Shown: piece after piece, positions 18,874-26,944 of the stretch
Position numbering within the stretch: the stretch's first letter is position 1
How the letters are laid out: every line of letters starts with the position of its first letter
Program-made: the position numbers and the translations under genes
Notes under the pieces: model-generated
What the model was told of the DNA's origin: nothing
Seen by the model: the letters and a program-made list of their open reading frames with translations, nothing else
The model's database searches: none
Origin: Candidatus Bathyarchaeota archaeon
GTDB lineage: Archaea > Thermoproteota > Bathyarchaeia > Bathyarchaeales > Bathyarchaeaceae
DNA: 64,000 nt
Reading direction: 5' to 3'
NCBI GenBank assembly: GCA_030615265.1
Contig: JAUWZP010000001.1
Span: 6,225 to 70,224 of the forward strand

Positions 18874-19152
18874 ATGAACTTGTCAATTTATATGACTCTT
18901 TTGAGAGTCGACAGACCTAAAGCAAAGAATGCGTTGAAAAGCTTGAAGGCTCTACCGAAGACATGGAGGAACAACACGAGAATTTTCTATGTTGCAAATG
19001 TTTTTGGCGAATGGGACAACTGTGTTTGGTTTGAAGCCAACGACCACGACCATGCAATGAATTTTGTTCAGAACAAAATCTCGACGATTCCAGGCGTAAA
19101 TCACACGTACACTCTGCCAACCTCACCGATTAGGAAATACTTTAGACGCTGA
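18874..19152 (+). CDS. stand-alone Lrp/AsnC-type ligand-binding (RAM) domain protein
   Basis: 92 aa with a beta-alpha-beta-beta-alpha-beta-like pattern (IYMTLLRV...VANVFGEWDNCVWFEANDHDHAMNFVQNKISTIPGVNHTYTL). GGAGGA RBS. Confidence 0.5.
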   Translation: MNLSIYMTLLRVDRPKAKNALKSLKALPKTWRNNTRIFYVANVFGEWDNCVWFEANDHDHAMNFVQNKISTIPGVNHTYTLPTSPIRKYFRR

Positions 19153-19216
19153 ACGTAGCAACTTTGGAAAGATAGTAAATCCATTCCCCCATCTTTTTTT
19201 CACATAAGTCCCCAAG

Positions 19217-19861
19217 TCACATTGCCAGCTCTTTCTTTGTCAAGACCTGACCTTGCTTTGGCAATCTGCGTACAAGTACGTAAAGTGACAGTTTTTCTCC
19301 ACAATGAGGGCAAAACTTGAATTGGGGAAGTACATCCTTTCCGCATGCAGGACATTTTCGAAGCTTGGCAAGGTCAGTTTCTAAACCTCCAATCTTACCC
19401 CTTAGCCGTGTCATGTCAATCTTCAGTGCGTTGATGCCGTCTTTGAGAGGGCCTAATTCGTTTTTAACCTTGTTTAGAAGTATGCCATGGGTTGTTAAGG
19501 ACTCATTAATCATTGCCAATGCGGTTAATTCTGAATCAAGCCTCGGGTCTGCTTGGGCGTCGTCTACTTTGGTTTCTGAAATCACCTTTTTAACGTACGC
19601 CAAGATTGGGTCGTAGAAGGCGAGGGAACACGTGACTCCCATGAAGGCAAGTGTTGAGACTAGGGAAAGCCAAAAATACGTTACTGCATCCAGTTTTCCA
19701 ATTGTCTCTTTGATTTGGTTATAAAACGGGTAGAGTTGCAGAAGTGAACCTGCATTGTCAGTGTTAGATGCAAGAGACAGAACCGCATCGAAAGTGTGCA
19801 AGCCTGCGAAGAAGGTTAAGCAACCAAATATCCAGACGACTATGCTCTTTTTCATCTGCAA
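19217..19861 (-). CDS. membrane protein with coiled-coil segment and C-terminal zinc ribbon
   Basis: Three predicted N-terminal TM helices, a heptad-like middle segment and CPACGKDVLPQFKFCPHCGEKL near the C-terminus. Confidence 0.5.
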   Translation of the reverse strand: MQMKKSIVVWIFGCLTFFAGLHTFDAVLSLASNTDNAGSLLQLYPFYNQIKETIGKLDAVTYFWLSLVSTLAFMGVTCSLAFYDPILAYVKKVISETKVDDAQADPRLDSELTALAMINESLTTHGILLNKVKNELGPLKDGINALKIDMTRLRGKIGGLETDLAKLRKCPACGKDVLPQFKFCPHCGEKLSLYVLVRRLPKQGQVLTKKELAM

Positions 19862-20468
19862 CCCTGAATCTCAGTGGTGTACAATCTAATTCTAGAAACC
19901 ATAACTATAAGTCAAATACTGCAAAAACAGAATATATCGAAAATCGGAATATGGTCTGGAAAAGGAATACTATGATCTCTATCTATCGAAAATGTCATAG
20001 TTTGCTGACTTCTAGGTGTTTTCTCTCCAGTTGTCAACTGAGGGAAAACCTGTGAAAACTGTTTCGTAGCCACAGTTGGGACAGAAAAAGCAGACTAAAC
20101 CGTGGATGCTCATGTAAAGCAGAGGAGAACCACATCTTACGCATCTTGGAACAAGCCTCGTGATCTATGTCCTCCGGTTCTGATAAGAATGCTGCTGTAT
20201 TCAAGAAGGTTATTTCAGAAGCCAGAAGCCTCCGGGAATGGATATTCAACTCTTATAGAGAAAAAACCTAGAGGCGTCCGCCATGTTATGCTATTTCGTG
20301 CTGTAGGGTGTTTCCAGATTCTCAGCGTTGAAAACTGCTGAAACTTTGGAAAACTATTGCAGCAAGAGACTCTAAATTGGAACATGCGAAAAACGGTGAA
20401 TAATGTAATTTGGGGAAGAAAACGATTTATGGCAATCGAGACTCTCTAGTTTTCTAGGGTGAACATAA

Positions 20469-21008
20469 ATGAGCCACATTACAGGTCAAGATCGTCAGAT
20501 GCTTGAAGCTTTGCCTAGGGATAAGCTGCTTGACCTCTTCTTTCTGCATATTCGTAATCTCTGGAGGGTGGACGGTCTCTACTTTTTGGGTATAGAAGAA
20601 AAGTTTGGAACAGAAGCCGCTGCAGAGATTGACACCAACTGCTGGAAGATTATGGGTAAAATAGAAGCAAGAGACCTTAAGGTTTTGCTTGGGATAAAGC
20701 AGAACGATGTTTCCTCGCTTATGTACGCTTTAAGAAACACAAGTTGGGCATTGGACCAAAGAGACAAAGAGGTTGAAGTTTCACAGGCATCAGGAATTTT
20801 CCGCGTTGTCAAGTGCCGCACACAATTAACACGAACCCGCAAAGGACTAGAAGTTTTCCCATGCAAAAACGTGAGATTCACATACCTAAAAGCGTTCGCA
20901 GAAGAGTTTAATCCAAACATTGAGGTGGCATGCCGCATCTGCCCGCCAGGTGAACGTTCACCAAACGTGTGGTGTGAATGGGAATTCAAGCTAAAGAAAT
21001 CTACGTAG
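20469..21008 (+). CDS. conserved cytosolic protein, DUF6125-like
   Basis: VKCRTQLTRTRKGLEVFPCKNV...ACRICPPGERSPNVWCEWEFKL resembles my recollection of the DUF6125 C-terminal Cys pattern. The family assignment is from memory only. Confidence 0.5.
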   Translation: MSHITGQDRQMLEALPRDKLLDLFFLHIRNLWRVDGLYFLGIEEKFGTEAAAEIDTNCWKIMGKIEARDLKVLLGIKQNDVSSLMYALRNTSWALDQRDKEVEVSQASGIFRVVKCRTQLTRTRKGLEVFPCKNVRFTYLKAFAEEFNPNIEVACRICPPGERSPNVWCEWEFKLKKST

Positions 21009-21014
21009 CGCTGT

Positions 21015-21473
21015 TTACTCTGTTTTCTTTTCGCTTGTCCAATAAGATTTAACCGTGCCCTTCTTGTCTGTTACGGTTTCTTTTTTGAAGATCGGCGCCT
21101 CTTTCTTGTAGCGTTCAACCGCCTCCTCTAAAACTGGAAATACATGGCTGCGGTGGCTTCCAGCGATCAAAACATAAACTAGGTCTTCGCTTACATGGAA
21201 CTTTCCAGTGAAATGATGAATCTGCACGTCAACTATACCCTCTTTAGCTTGAAGTTCCCTGCAAATATTCTCTAACACTTCGTCTGCTTTCTCCTTGTAG
21301 GCTTCTAGCTCTAATCCTTTCACGGTTTCGCCTTCTCTGGTTTTGCCGCGAACAACGCCTATGAACATGGCTATGGCGCCCACCTTGTGAAAATCTGGCT
21401 TCTTTTTCATGTTTTCCAGTAGGTTAGAAATGAACAAGAGCCCCTTTTCATGAACACCTGCTTTAACCGACAT
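21015..21473 (-). CDS. moaE: molybdopterin synthase catalytic subunit MoaE
   Basis: VQIHHFTGKFHVSEDLVYVLIAGSHRSHVFPVLEEAVERYKKEAPIFKKE matches the MoaE pattern (HR.G.l..ge..v.v.v.s.HR..AF.a....id.lK...PiWKKE). Confidence 0.75.
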   Translation of the reverse strand: MSVKAGVHEKGLLFISNLLENMKKKPDFHKVGAIAMFIGVVRGKTREGETVKGLELEAYKEKADEVLENICRELQAKEGIVDVQIHHFTGKFHVSEDLVYVLIAGSHRSHVFPVLEEAVERYKKEAPIFKKETVTDKKGTVKSYWTSEKKTE

Positions 21474-21574
21474 GAAACCCCACTCAACCCTTCATTTTAC
21501 GCATCGATGGCTGGTTAACTCTATTGTGACATAATAAAATTTTTACTGAATTATAAAGCGCGCGCATATTCTGT

Positions 21575-22000
21575 CTATTTTCCAATCCTCACTACTGTCG
21601 GTTGGACGAATTGACGGCAGTGAGGGCATTCAGCCAACCCCCTTCCTCGGCTTGCCTTCCAATGGTTTTTGCAGAAGGGGCATTGCAACAAAACGTTTTC
21701 TCCCGCATAAACAGAGAAGACTTGTCGGCTGAACGCTAGAACGAAAATTCCTAAAACTAGTGCAACTGCGCCCATCATAGTCAAGTGCATCAATTTCAAC
21801 CTAACACCGAGACCAAAGTCAAACTCTTTTGTCCAGAGATACGACTCCAAAGCCGAGAACACATCATCTGAAGCAAACACGTTAGGCCATGCCTTCCATA
21901 ATACTGCAAACAGCACAATCAATCCGATAAAACAGAGTGCGATGCCTAAAGCGTAACCAGACTTTTTCCTACGAATAATTCTTCTCATGAAGCATCTCAA
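21575..22000 (-). CDS. small membrane protein with C-terminal zinc ribbon
   Basis: Two TM helices followed by CPFCKNHW...CPHCRQF. Confidence 0.45.
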   Translation of the reverse strand: MRCFMRRIIRRKKSGYALGIALCFIGLIVLFAVLWKAWPNVFASDDVFSALESYLWTKEFDFGLGVRLKLMHLTMMGAVALVLGIFVLAFSRQVFSVYAGENVLLQCPFCKNHWKASRGRGLAECPHCRQFVQPTVVRIGK

Positions 22001-22125
22001 TTTTGTTGAAAAGCTAGGCTTATTTGATTTATGAAGTTAGGATAAATAAACGGAAACATAAAGGGCGCATCCGAAACGCGCTAAGGCAAGAGCCCCTTTA
22101 AATGCAAAATGATGTCATCAGAAAT

Positions 22126-23052
22126 TTACATGTTCGTGATTGCCCATACAAGATTCACTACGAGATTGTTGATAGATGTCGGCACGCCGTCAACAAAAGG
22201 CTTCCTTTCCGTTGTCACGCCGTCTATTGCTCCAGCCTCTACAATTCTCTTCAGCAGTCGTAACTCGTTTTCCCCATCATGCTTGTACTCCAGCTTCTTC
22301 AACAGGCTAAGGCAAGCGGCAATGCCGTAGCTTCCCCAGTTCGACACTCCACTTATCACTAAAACGTCCGCAGGTGTCGTAGCGGCAATTCCTACTCCGC
22401 ATGGACATTGACACTTTGCACCATAGGGCACATATCTGCGGACAGTTTCGGCAATTGCTCCGCATCCCATCTCGTTTCCACCGTCGCCAACTGCAATGGT
22501 CGCTATGCCCGATTCCCGACCGTAGCGAAACAGATAATCGGTTTTGCCCACTAAGTCTGAGACGTTCTGTCCTTTCATGTTATGATATTCCTGTTTCTCG
22601 TTCCACCCGGGACGTTCGATAGCTATTAACACGGACGGGTTGAATTTTGAAATTAGATTTTCAGCCTCCAACCGCGCTTGCTCATTGTTGACTGGGAATT
22701 CTGAAACTTGCGTGTTAGGGCTCACAGCCTTCAGGATTTCGACACAACCATGGTCTGTTATCAAGAGAGGCTTCAATCCAACCATTTGCAGGACTTCAGC
22801 TAACACAATGGCGCCAAGCGGTCCATCAGTTTCCCACAAGTTTTCTGGGATAATAGGAAACCCCGTTAATATGAACGCTGAGTCTTCTCTTCTTGTCTCG
22901 GCTATGATCTTTTCAGCAGCAGCTAAGCATAGAGGCTTGTTAACGATGTTGAAAGCGGCTTCATAGAGCTGGCGTACCACTTTTCTAGTCGGCAAATCTA
23001 GTGCTGCCACTTGGTCAATCATGAAGGCTTTTCGGTCAATGTTGAGTTTCAT
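22126..23052 (-). CDS. DUF4392 (D-glutamate cyclase-like) protein
   Basis: ILTGFPI...ETDGPLGA, IAIERPG and AVGDGGNEMGCG motifs are typical of DUF4392. Confidence 0.6.
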   Translation of the reverse strand: MKLNIDRKAFMIDQVAALDLPTRKVVRQLYEAAFNIVNKPLCLAAAEKIIAETRREDSAFILTGFPIIPENLWETDGPLGAIVLAEVLQMVGLKPLLITDHGCVEILKAVSPNTQVSEFPVNNEQARLEAENLISKFNPSVLIAIERPGWNEKQEYHNMKGQNVSDLVGKTDYLFRYGRESGIATIAVGDGGNEMGCGAIAETVRRYVPYGAKCQCPCGVGIAATTPADVLVISGVSNWGSYGIAACLSLLKKLEYKHDGENELRLLKRIVEAGAIDGVTTERKPFVDGVPTSINNLVVNLVWAITNM

Positions 23053-23106
23053 TTACATTCAACCGGGAGAAGGTTTTTCACGAAATGTGTTGGCTAATTG
23101 AAGATG

Positions 23107-24132
23107 CTATAGGTATTTTCTCATGTGTTCCAGCGCTGCTGAAGGGACAGGCAGGTCTTTCATTGTAACTACGCCAGGCGGAGCGTTTATCACTTTAGGA
23201 ATCGAATTTGCAATCACGGCTATTGTAGCTAGATCGCCATGTACGCAGGGGCTTATCTTCTGACGGATCGGTGGCACTCCATCGATGGTTACAGCATCGT
23301 ACTCTTCTTCCGCGCCTATATAGGCTTGAAACTCAAGTGTAATCCTCTCTTTTCCGTTGACAAAGCCGTGAGCGCTTTGCTTTAGGCCTGTGGCTTGTCC
23401 TCGCTTCACTTTGATGGCTTCGCTTGAAACATCTTTCCTAGCTATTACGGGCTCAACTGGGTCTATCTTAATCTTGTCAAGTTGCCATTTTAGGGCCCCA
23501 GCGATCATGCCTATTGACTGTTCAAGACCTACGTGGCCAGTGATGGCTTTCTCCTTCATTTTTTTCTTAAATTCTTTCACGGTGAGTCCTGCTCCTATCT
23601 TCTTTTGGAACGGAACTCTCCGTGTAGCAGCGTTCATGACTCTTTCAACTTTTATTCTGTTGACTTTTTGGCACACCGCAGTAAGCGTTATGACCAGCGT
23701 GTCCATTAGAAAACCTGGGTTTATGCCTGTTCCCAGAAAGGTTACTCCGTACTTCAGGCCTAAGGCATCTAGTTTCTTTGCAAGTTCAGGTTCTGAAACA
23801 TAGGGATAAGACAGTTCTTCGCACGTGGAAACCACGTTTACTCCATACTCAGCCAATGGAGCTATTTGAGGATAGACATCCCTAAGATAAGAGCTGGTTG
23901 CATGAACCACAACGTCTGCGCAAGCCTTGCCGAACACAGCCTTCGGGTCGTTTGAAACAACGACACCTAGCCGTTTGCCAATGCTTAAAACTTCGCCTAG
24001 GTCTTTTCCAACTTTGTCTTTGGCGATGTCTATGGCGCCTACGATTTTCACTCCTTCCTTTTCGAGGAGAAATTTAGCAATGCGGCTTCCAATGGCGCCA
24101 ACACCGTAAAGAACAACTCTTATTTTCTCCAT
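23107..24132 (-). CDS. NAD(P)-dependent DapB-like amine dehydrogenase family protein (2,4-diaminopentanoate dehydrogenase-like)
   Basis: IRVVLYGVGAIGSRIAKFLL Rossmann N-terminus, GTGINPGFLMD, and a C-terminal dimerisation domain as in the DapB/AmDH-like family. Confidence 0.6.
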   Translation of the reverse strand: MEKIRVVLYGVGAIGSRIAKFLLEKEGVKIVGAIDIAKDKVGKDLGEVLSIGKRLGVVVSNDPKAVFGKACADVVVHATSSYLRDVYPQIAPLAEYGVNVVSTCEELSYPYVSEPELAKKLDALGLKYGVTFLGTGINPGFLMDTLVITLTAVCQKVNRIKVERVMNAATRRVPFQKKIGAGLTVKEFKKKMKEKAITGHVGLEQSIGMIAGALKWQLDKIKIDPVEPVIARKDVSSEAIKVKRGQATGLKQSAHGFVNGKERITLEFQAYIGAEEEYDAVTIDGVPPIRQKISPCVHGDLATIAVIANSIPKVINAPPGVVTMKDLPVPSAALEHMRKYL

Positions 24133-24513
24133 ACAGCTTCCTCGTCGGTTAGCTATTTCTAAATTGGAATCAAAGATAAAGCCTTATTCTGCTTAAAAGC
24201 CTAATCACTAACTTTCAGCGTTTAGACACTAAATGTTTTGGGTCTTCCGAAGACCATGCGCGCGCATAGTCGATCAGTCTCCCATACGTGTTTACTGTGA
24301 CCAATGAGTTCATGTCATTGTCCAAGTCCTATAGTTGCGAATTCGAGTTTTTGGCTGAACTGTTTGGGGTTGTAGATTCTTCCATCGATTAGTAGGGGGC
24401 TTTTTCTTTTTGTTGGTTGAGTTTTTCGTTTGGTGGTGATGTCGAGCGCTAAGTTAATAAATGTGTTTCTTATTTTTATTTTTGGTTATAATTTGAATAA
24501 CTAGTGGTCGATT

Positions 24514-25407
24514 ATGTCGGGGTTGCCGTTGTGGTTCACGTTGTACTCAAAATTGGTCGAGTTCGGTCTTTATAGAGATCTTGCTTTTCGTGACGTTCAA
24601 GGGGTTTTGGGTCTGTCTACTGGCCATGTTAAACAGGTTATTCGGAAGTTGTTGGAGTTGAAGTTGATTGTGGGTCGTAGCAATCCTTTGGATAAGCGTT
24701 TTACTTTGTATAGGGTTGTTCCTTTACCTCTCTGGTCGAAGTACTGCGAGATGAAAGATGGGCTACCTGAGCAGTTAAGGGATGTTTTTCCCCTTCTTTT
24801 TTCCATTAAAGATGTCCATGCCGTTTTGCTTCTGGGCAGTTATGCCAGGAAGGATTTTGATGAGAAGAGCGATGTTGATGTACTTGTTGTCAGTGATGAT
24901 CCTGAAAGAGTGTTAGATTTGACCTATCACATTTGCTTGAATTTGCCTATCGATTTGCATTCATGTACCCCAGATGAATTTAGGAATTCGTTGTACCCGC
25001 TGATTCCGCATGTTGCGTTGTATGATGATGGTACCTGTGGGGAAGTAGACGTTTCACAAATTGAGGTCCTAAAGCTTTTACGCGATGCCATTGAGGGTGC
25101 ACAGAAAGTTTTGTATTTATATGCGAACGGGTTGGTTCGATTCCATCGTGTTTTTCCGGCCGTTTATGAATTAGTTTTCATTGACACCTTGCTTCACGGT
25201 TCAACCGAGCAACGTAAAGAAGATGTTTTAGAAAAGTTCTTTGTTGAGCACACCTCGGTCGGAAACTTGAAAAATGACTTGTTTAGGCTTTTGAGAATGT
25301 ATGAAAACTTGACGAAGGCGAGAGGTGAAGAAGTAGAACGTTTAGATCTGAAGGGGGAAGTGGAAATTTATAATAAAATCATTTCAGAGGTAAGCAAACA
25401 TGTCTGA
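24514..25407 (+). CDS. minimal nucleotidyltransferase (MNT, Pol-beta superfamily) with N-terminal winged-helix domain
   Basis: LLLGSYARKDFDEKSDVDVLVV is the GS-x9-11-DxD NTase signature. The N-terminal GLSTGHVKQVIRKLLELKLIV is HTH-like. Confidence 0.7.
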   Translation: MSGLPLWFTLYSKLVEFGLYRDLAFRDVQGVLGLSTGHVKQVIRKLLELKLIVGRSNPLDKRFTLYRVVPLPLWSKYCEMKDGLPEQLRDVFPLLFSIKDVHAVLLLGSYARKDFDEKSDVDVLVVSDDPERVLDLTYHICLNLPIDLHSCTPDEFRNSLYPLIPHVALYDDGTCGEVDVSQIEVLKLLRDAIEGAQKVLYLYANGLVRFHRVFPAVYELVFIDTLLHGSTEQRKEDVLEKFFVEHTSVGNLKNDLFRLLRMYENLTKARGEEVERLDLKGEVEIYNKIISEVSKHV

Positions 25408-25777
25408 AGAAGTTCGTGGCATAATAGATAGCGGCAACAACGCGTATGATAGGGGTGATTATACGGGGGCGGTTTTGGCGTATGATTCAGCCATTGAAGG
25501 AATGTTTAGAAGATATTTTTTCACGCGATACAATGAGACCGTTGGTTATGATTGGAGAAAGGTTGAAGAGGAATTCAAATCAAAGAACGTTAAACTTCCG
25601 CGTAAAATAAGCCGCCTTGTGTCTGAGTTTGCCCTTCTCAGATGGAAATCAAAGAGGGGCCCAAAATATCATTGGGCCAGAGCATTTGATAAAAGGGATG
25701 CTGAAAGGTACAAGGAACTAGTTAACAAGGTCTACGTAGCCACACAAAAATATCTACATAGGTTGCCACCAATTTGA
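25400..25777 (+). CDS. HEPN-domain protein, partner of the MNT
   Basis: All-helical 125 aa with an R-x4-H motif (KRGPKYH). 8-nt overlap with the upstream NTase gene, the usual MNT-HEPN operon layout. Confidence 0.5.
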   Translation: MSEEVRGIIDSGNNAYDRGDYTGAVLAYDSAIEGMFRRYFFTRYNETVGYDWRKVEEEFKSKNVKLPRKISRLVSEFALLRWKSKRGPKYHWARAFDKRDAERYKELVNKVYVATQKYLHRLPPI

Positions 25778-25874
25778 ATGTTGGTGCGACGCGCGGGTGT
25801 GAGTTGTATTATCTTTTTGTTAGTGTCTTTTTGTAGACCTTTACCTACCCCCTCTAGGTTTCCATGTATCGCGA

Positions 25875-25913
25875 ATATTTGAATCCAAATATGCAGGGTA
25901 TGGAAAAAAGGGG
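25875..25913. promoter_or_regulatory. composite module copy 1: near-palindrome ATATTTGAATCCAAATAT + 9-nt spacer + GGAAAAAAGGGG
   Basis: Read directly from the sequence. Copy 2 at 26712-26753 has identical spacing. On the minus strand the second half reads CCCCTTTTTTCC, which is oligo-T terminator-like. Confidence 0.6.
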
Positions 25914-26345
25914 TGTTTTTTCAGAACGTGTTTACTTGTCGTCGGCGCTAAGCGCCATAAGACGACGACAACTATAAAACTTCCAGACTTGCAAGGGGGC
26001 CCTACCTGAAAAGTCTACTGCAACTTGTTGTTGTGCAAAACCCACAGAAAAACACACAACAACAAGTGTGCCTCTCAGCAAGGATCTTCTAACACCTGAG
26101 CAGGCCTTGAAGATTTTAGCTGGCGCCAATCAAAAAGGCAGGTGGGAGTTGTTGTTGGTAAGCGAAAAACTAAGAAAACAACAACTGTGCCTTAGCAGGT
26201 TAGGCTTAAAAGTAGTTGTTCGCCGAAAACCTGGGAAACCGTGAACAACAACTTCTAAGCTTGTTCCCAAGGATATTTTAACACATGATAATCATCTTTT
26301 TACGTGGAATTTTTGGCATAAAAATGATACCCCCTATATTTTTCG
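25902..26345. ncRNA. candidate structured ncRNA / hairpin array (strand unresolved)
   Basis: No credible ORF. Six consecutive hairpins: 25936-25971, 25985-26016, 26023-26067, 26070-26105, 26147-26186 and 26210-26254. The ends are partly complementary (GGGGT at 25910 vs ACCCC at 26329). T-runs lie at 26338-26356 on the plus strand, and the A6 at 25904-25909 gives a minus-strand T-run. Confidence 0.35.
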
Positions 26346-26363
26346 TTATTCTTTTTGAGCTTT

Positions 26364-26411
26364 GGAAAAAAGGTCGTTTTCAACATACGTCCTTTATTAG
26401 GATCCAAATAT
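26364..26411. repeat. rearranged third copy of the module: GGAAAAAAGG + 26 nt + GGATCCAAATAT half-palindrome
   Basis: It has the same two sequence elements as 25875-25913 and 26712-26753, but in swapped order. Confidence 0.5.
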
Positions 26412-26413
26412 GC

Positions 26414-26600
26414 TCACCCTTTTGCAGTTAACAAGACGCCGACTATTGTTCCGATTAACCCGATGATTGCAGAGAAGATCTCGCTACTGAAAGAACCGAT
26501 GTACACAATGTGCACAATCTTGCTTCTACTTCGCCTGCCTTGAGAACGGTTACGCTGATTCCCCAGCCTGCTGGTATGGCCGTGTAGTCGATGTCGTAAA
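26414..26600 (-). pseudogene. relic of the C-terminal end of a membrane-anchored protein (frameshifted, no start)
   Basis: One frame gives NIYDIDYTAIPAGWGISVTVLKAGEVEAR. A neighbouring frame continues IVHIVYIGSFSSEIFSAIIGLIGTIVGVLLTAKG-stop (a TM helix). A stop lies immediately upstream. Confidence 0.3.
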
Positions 26601-26711
26601 TGTTTTAACACATGAAAAGGTTTGGAGTTCTGGTGGCGTTTCCATCAAACTTTGTGCGCAGCTTTCTAATTTTGAACGCCAAAAAAAACACGTCTTTCTC
26701 CCATAGTTTTT

Positions 26712-26753
26712 ATATTTGGATCCAAATATCTGTTCTATGGGAAAAAAGGGGGG
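26712..26753. promoter_or_regulatory. composite module copy 2: perfect 18-nt palindrome ATATTTGGATCCAAATAT + 9-nt spacer + GGGAAAAAAGGGGGG
   Basis: Read directly from the sequence. It is followed by TATCCCC, so the minus strand reads GGGGATACCCCCCTTTTTT, a hairpin plus a U-run. Confidence 0.6.
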
Positions 26754-26802
26754 TATCCCCGTTTTACGAATTAGAAAACTGCTTACGCCTCAGCAGACCT
26801 TT

Positions 26803-26859
26803 TCATGCGTTAAAACCTCGCCTGGGAACAAGCTTAGAAGTAGTAGCCTATGGCTACTA
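26803..26859 (-). repeat. inverted copy of the 26210-26288 module (hairpin + CTTCTAAGCTTGTTCCCA + TTTTAACRCATGA)
   Basis: 18-nt perfect inverted repeat, 26252-26269 vs 26823-26840. The flanking TTTTAACGCATGA (reverse complement of 26803-26815) matches TTTTAACACATGA at 26276-26288. The hairpin position is kept but its sequence differs (TAGTAGCC-TAT-GGCTACTA, 26841-26859). Confidence 0.7.
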
Positions 26860-26944
26860 ATTATCGGTTGCAGTAAAAATTTTCACGGCGGAGTACGTAT
26901 GCACGTGCACGTCGCAAAAACCGTTCAAAACAAGCTTGGAAACA

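Noticed and set aside
20012-20249. Possible frameshifted zinc-ribbon gene on the minus strand of the 600-nt gap 19862-20468 (…PRCVRCGSPLLYMSIHGLVCFFCPNCGYETVF… in one frame, ORF-track 71-aa ORF in another).
   Set aside because: The CxxC...CxxC frame has a stop just upstream, and its only start codon lies after the first Cys pair. The other frame has no motif. It cannot be supported as a gene; at most it is a decayed relic.
25800-26400. Hairpin region considered as RNase P RNA, SRP (7S) RNA, a CRISPR array or a C/D-box sRNA cluster.
   Set aside because: I could not find the universal RNase P CR-I core (GAGGAAAGUCC; only isolated ACAGAA and GGCTTA words). There is no SRP helix-8 GNAR/AGCA arrangement, no regularly spaced identical repeats with unique spacers, and no RUGAUGA...CUGA box pairs. 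The region is kept as an unknown structured element instead.
25875-26753. Palindrome plus G-string modules considered as origin recognition boxes of a replication origin.
   Set aside because: Not adopted as the main call. The two full copies are in direct rather than inverted orientation around the AT-rich stretch. The dyad-to-G-string distance is longer than in classical ORBs as I remember them. No orc1/cdc6 gene is in the window. It is left as an alternative to test.
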